A program made the translations under genes and the position numbers. From the IMG/VR virus record IMGVR_UViG_3300025382_000011, positions 1 to 52,273 of that record: 52,273 nt of DNA. One strand, given 5' to 3'. The stretch is from a virus. Lineage: Duplodnaviria > Caudoviricetes. The stretch's first letter is position 1; each line of letters opens with the position of its first letter. This document shows, piece after piece, positions 48,573 to 52,273 of the stretch. The notes under the pieces are model-generated. The model was not told where the DNA came from, did no database searches, and saw only the letters and a list, made by a program, of their open reading frames with translations.

Positions 48573-49756
48573 GCTAGACCGTGCATATTGCGGGCGCGAG
48601 GGATGTATGTCTCCGTGCCTGCTACACGCTCGAAGATCCCTGACTTTTCCATCAAAGACAAAATGCGTTCGGCCTTTTCGGCTGGAGTGCGTTGGGCCAA
48701 AAAGCGCAGGATCTGGGCCGACGCAAGCGGCGTTCTGTGCTTTAAGTATATCTCGAAAGAATACTGGAAGACTTCTTCGATGACTTGATCGTCGGAGCGC
48801 ATAATCATGTCGCGGAAAATGCAAGGCATAAGGCTTTCGATTTCCAAAAGCCAACCTCTTGCCCTCTCGACATCCTGTAACCTAATGGCAAGCGTCTCCC
48901 CTCTTGACATTGCAGCGATCATTGCAAGTTTGACCATGAAGATCGTTCCACGTCTCGGAAGATAATTTGCGAGCTTTGGGTGGTCAGGGACAGGTGCCCA
49001 TTTGTCTTTGCGCCAGCGTTCCATCTCCGCAATCGCGGATTGATCCCATTTCATCTCACCATAATAATCTGCGACTTCGTCGAGCTTCTTTACAAGTCCC
49101 GACATGATCTTGTCTTGGTTTTTGTATTCGCCAAAAAGCGGAACATCGGGGGCGGTGGACGAGTAGACCATGAGCATTCGTGAGGTCCAACCCATCGTCC
49201 ATGCAGCGTCGGGCAAAAGGGTGGCAAGAAATCCCGGCTGTGATCCAACAAGGAGTGTGGTCATGGGACGTGGGATCTCGATGGGTTCTTTGAGCGAATG
49301 TCTTCGTTCTTCTCGGTAGGAGTCTTTGTGGTCGAACAGTTCGTTGATGATGGAAAGAAAGTTTAGATCGTGAGTGTTTAAGAACACCCCGAGTTCCGCA
49401 GCAAACACAAAGATGTGATGGTATTGTAGAATTTTGTTGTCGGGGAGAAGCACGGTCCTGTGCGCCTTTACGAGCGCGTCGATGAAACTTGCAGCTGTGA
49501 CGCTGTTTGGTGCGATGTGATATTTCTTTGTTGCTTTTAACAACTGCTCTGCAGGATTGATTGCCTGTGATTTGCCGACTCCGGGCGGGGCAACGAGCAT
49601 CACGTAGAGATTTGCAAACTGAGGTCCTGCTTTGGTCATCGTCCAGACGCGCTTTTCGAGCGCGCCGGAGAGAGTTGTGATAGCTGCCCATTTGCGGAAA
49701 ATTTCCGGGGATGGGCGTTCTTCAGTAAACTTTACAAATTGATCTACAAAATCCAC
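48569..49756 (-). CDS. DUF3987-like P-loop replicative helicase/ATPase
   Basis: PSPEIFRKWAAI..NLYVMLVAPPGVGKS..AAELGVFL..LFD..GWTSR; follows polA. Confidence 0.75.
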   Translation of the reverse strand: MDFVDQFVKFTEERPSPEIFRKWAAITTLSGALEKRVWTMTKAGPQFANLYVMLVAPPGVGKSQAINPAEQLLKATKKYHIAPNSVTAASFIDALVKAHRTVLLPDNKILQYHHIFVFAAELGVFLNTHDLNFLSIINELFDHKDSYREERRHSLKEPIEIPRPMTTLLVGSQPGFLATLLPDAAWTMGWTSRMLMVYSSTAPDVPLFGEYKNQDKIMSGLVKKLDEVADYYGEMKWDQSAIAEMERWRKDKWAPVPDHPKLANYLPRRGTIFMVKLAMIAAMSRGETLAIRLQDVERARGWLLEIESLMPCIFRDMIMRSDDQVIEEVFQYSFEIYLKHRTPLASAQILRFLAQRTPAEKAERILSLMEKSGIFERVAGTETYIPRARNMHGLA

Positions 49757-49777
49757 GACCGGCCCCAGTTCTGAAAA

Positions 49778-51259
49778 TCAAAGTCTTTGTGAAAGGATAG
49801 GCGTTCGCTTTCGCTCGTCCTTTTTGTTTTTGAATTTTGCCAAGCCGTCAGGATTGATTTTGGGATCAAAATTTCCCCAATTCCATCCGACCTTGGCTTC
49901 TCCGGGGACGACCAACTTATGCCCGGAGTGTTCAAAGGCTATGTCGAAAAGTGACAGGGCCTTTTGAATGATCTCAACTTCATCAGCACTTTCACGATAT
50001 TGGAAGTAAAGAGCGTCGTGGACTTGAGCGATGAGCTGCACCTCTGGCATGTGATACCAAACCCTCCAGAGGACCAAGTTCAACCGATCCGCCGTCGCGC
50101 TCTGCGGTGAGAACGCAATCGCTTCCCGGAGCGTCGTGTCGTCGTTCGCACGACCGAAGAAGGTTCGCTGGCGCCCGAGGGGCGTGGTGATGCTGTGGGT
50201 TGTTTGGAGTTGTTGAGCAACCCATCGGTGCCACTTTGGTATTCCCGCAAATCGCTCGAAATAGGCTCGTTGGAACTGCTCGGCGGTGGCGGTAGGGATT
50301 TTTGCGTGTCGAGCCATGGTCGGGGGAAGGCCTCGGTAATTGCTTCCATGGCCGAGCTTTTTTGCCATATCCCGGTAGGTGAGGTTTCGGTAGAACGGTG
50401 TGTCAGCGATTTGGCGATTGCGTTTCGGATCAGAGCCCCATCCGAGGGAAGGCCAAGCTGTTTGTGCAACAAGGGTATGGAGATCACCACTATAACAGGC
50501 GTCAAGGTAAGACCAGTCATTGCAAATGACGCCAGAAAGCCATCCAACTTCACGGCTTTCAGCTTGTTCCAGATCGATCCCGCAAATCTTCCAGCCGGGA
50601 TCTGCGATGAACATTGTGCGGAGAGACGCGGTGATGTTTTGTAGGTTTGTGCCAGTGCCAAAAGCGTTTGTTGAACTGCTAAAGCGCCCCGTCTCTGTGC
50701 CCGCAACATTGTATGAAGTGCGCATTCTACCATCTGTATCGACCTCGGTGCGAAGAACTGAAAGTTGTTTAACGGCGTCTCTTATGGCCAGAATAGTCGC
50801 AACAATTGGCCTTGCATGATAATAGTTGTCGAGCTTTTCGAGTGCCTCTCGGTCCATTGATAGTTTTCGTTCACCCTTTTTTGAGGTCCAGATTTCTGGA
50901 ATTCGCATATGGGTGAAGAAGAATTCTTGGAGCATCTTTGGCGAGTTTGCTTTAAGGGGCTTGTCCCAAACAGCATCTGCAAGACGGTCCAGAAGGCGTG
51001 TAAGGCGCTCGATCTCGCGCTCGAGTGTTTCGATGCCTTTGGATCTTTCATATCCATCGATCTTAAATCCTCTCTGCATCATGTCGAGAACAGGGGCCTG
51101 GAGCGCCCTTGCGAAGTTGTAGATTTTTGGAGCATCGCCAAGGCCACGTATGGCCTCAAGCACTTCGTGGGTAATACAACAGTCGAGCCCGTTATAGATT
51201 TGTTCGTTTTCTGGAAGGGTCACGCCTTCCTGCAGCATGGAGGTTTCGATGATGGGCAT
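49778..51259 (-). CDS. polA: family A DNA polymerase, polymerase subunit (carries only ExoIII)
   Basis: YNGLDC, TETGRFSS, NLQN, motif A DLEQAESR, motif B RDMAKKLGHGSNY, PQS..AD, motif C QVHDAL. Confidence 0.93.
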   Translation of the reverse strand: MPIIETSMLQEGVTLPENEQIYNGLDCCITHEVLEAIRGLGDAPKIYNFARALQAPVLDMMQRGFKIDGYERSKGIETLEREIERLTRLLDRLADAVWDKPLKANSPKMLQEFFFTHMRIPEIWTSKKGERKLSMDREALEKLDNYYHARPIVATILAIRDAVKQLSVLRTEVDTDGRMRTSYNVAGTETGRFSSSTNAFGTGTNLQNITASLRTMFIADPGWKICGIDLEQAESREVGWLSGVICNDWSYLDACYSGDLHTLVAQTAWPSLGWGSDPKRNRQIADTPFYRNLTYRDMAKKLGHGSNYRGLPPTMARHAKIPTATAEQFQRAYFERFAGIPKWHRWVAQQLQTTHSITTPLGRQRTFFGRANDDTTLREAIAFSPQSATADRLNLVLWRVWYHMPEVQLIAQVHDALYFQYRESADEVEIIQKALSLFDIAFEHSGHKLVVPGEAKVGWNWGNFDPKINPDGLAKFKNKKDERKRTPILSQRL

Positions 51260-51261
51260 GA

Positions 51262-51378
51262 TTATACAAACATTAAAATGATGCAGAGGAGAGCAAGCCA
51301 GCCCATGAACGCGCCTTCATATCCTGTCAGGATGTAATAAATGAATGACCCAGCGGCCATTGTCGCAATAACAAACAT
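51262..51378 (-). CDS. small membrane peptide (38 aa)
   Basis: Manual translation MFVIATMAAGSFIYYILTGYEGAFMGWLALLCIILMFV; AAGGAG RBS. Confidence 0.6.
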   Translation of the reverse strand: MFVIATMAAGSFIYYILTGYEGAFMGWLALLCIILMFV

Positions 51379-51599
51379 CACAGAACTCCTTTTGTATGGA
51401 GGTGATTGAAAATCCTTCGGCAGATGTAACTTCGGATTATGCTAATGATCGTGAAGATTGTGGTGATGTAAAAGTTTGCTGCGAAGGATGGGTGGAGGTC
51501 GAAAACGGGAAATAAGAACTCTGTAACTACAAGGGAAATTACGAAACCAGAGGCCGTGTTGATGACGGCTTCGAAAAGAGAATGTCTGCGGCTTTGCAT
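51378..51599 (-). CDS. small two-TM phage membrane protein
   Basis: MQSRRHSLFEAVINTASGF..FTIISIIRSY..RRIFN, a widespread phage family pattern. Confidence 0.8.
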   Translation of the reverse strand: MQSRRHSLFEAVINTASGFVISLVVTEFLFPVFDLHPSFAANFYITTIFTIISIIRSYICRRIFNHLHTKGVL

Positions 51600-52273
51600 T
51601 TAATCATCCTTCTTCATCTCCGTTATTTTCTTGCCCCGCATGGTTTTCCATGCTGGTTCTGACGTGTAGATCGAGCCTAGAAAACCTAGACCTTTCTGCA
51701 TTTCCGGGTAGAGGGCGTGGTGATAAAGCATTGTGTCTTCACGACAGCCTCTTGGCCTATAACCCTCTTTGATTAAATACTGCAAGTCATAAAGGCCGTT
51801 TTGGAAAATTTTTGTTACGGACGGATTTTCCAAAAGGCGCTTGACTACCTTCCGTGCATCACCTTCTACGTTCGCTGATGGCCAGTAGTTTCCGCCCTTG
51901 TTCTTGTCCCAGAATGGGACAACCATGGCGTCGGTCGGGCTGGCGCTAAAGCCAACCATCTCGATCATTCCGAACTTTGTCTCAATGTCGCAAGCACATT
52001 CGGAGCGCACATGGCGGTCGATCCATTCATGGCATTCAGCAATTGTGGGGTTGACAAGAATTCGCCGGGATGGGCGTTTGATTTCTGGGTATTCGCTTTC
52101 GCGCTTGGCCTTGATTAAATCGGCAATTGCGATAGGTCGCCATGCCCAATTCCGTAAAACTCCGGCAGGGTGGTAAGTTGGGAGGACCTTATGCGGAACG
52201 AGAGTTGACGTTGCAACTGTTCCTCGTAAAGCGCCAATCCCATTAGTAGAAAGCAAAGCCCAACAAGCAGTGC
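51600..52273 (-). CDS. uracil-DNA-glycosylase-like domain + DnaQ-like 3'-5' exonuclease (ExoI/II), 5'-truncated
   Basis: The frame is open to the window edge (TACWALL..IGALRG..PTYHPAGVLR is the UDG family 4-like C-half), then CDIET, FQNGLYDLQYL and DTMLYHHAL..KGLGFLGSIYT. Confidence 0.85.
   Translation of the reverse strand, partial: TACWALLSTNGIGALRGTVATSTLVPHKVLPTYHPAGVLRNWAWRPIAIADLIKAKRESEYPEIKRPSRRILVNPTIAECHEWIDRHVRSECACDIETKFGMIEMVGFSASPTDAMVVPFWDKNKGGNYWPSANVEGDARKVVKRLLENPSVTKIFQNGLYDLQYLIKEGYRPRGCREDTMLYHHALYPEMQKGLGFLGSIYTSEPAWKTMRGKKITEMKKDD

Noticed and set aside
49744-49935. 63-aa ORF bridging polA and the helicase
   Set aside because: It lies mostly within polA in another frame and has no evident RBS or recognisable features.
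49778-52273. Hypermodified-base system suggested by the UDG-PolA pairing
   Set aside because: No dUMP hydroxymethylase, PurZ, queuosine-pathway or nucleotide kinase genes are recognisable in the window.

Overview
Near-complete ~52 kb genome of a tailed dsDNA phage with podovirus morphology. It has P22-like portal, scaffold, coat, gp4/gp10-like and ejection proteins, a PBSX-type TerL, and a GcrA-like gene that points to an alphaproteobacterial host. Early and replication genes run on the - strand (1-14.6 kb and 48.6-52.3 kb). Packaging, fibre, lysis and virion genes run on the + strand (15.1-48.5 kb). Both window edges cut - strand genes, so the contig is probably a circular permutation with a gap. 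I recognise no integrase, RNA polymerase, primase, tRNA or CRISPR array. Main observations: (1) a six-copy dispersed 37-bp element TTARRCCCA-N6-ACTCARTMT-N4-TGGGYYTAA, whose half-sites also overlap early promoters; (2) Sec-type signal peptides on a tail fibre and another virion-module protein; (3) a BclA-like GPT-collagen fibre next to a GT2-TPR glycosyltransferase; (4) a family A polymerase split inside its exonuclease domain, with a UDG-like fusion and His at the 762-equivalent position; (5) a multi-stem RNA leader with an alternative anti-SD pairing ahead of the coat gene; (6) a recurrent acidic 'DDLL' C-terminal motif on early proteins. All product calls come from motif recognition by eye, not from database searches.
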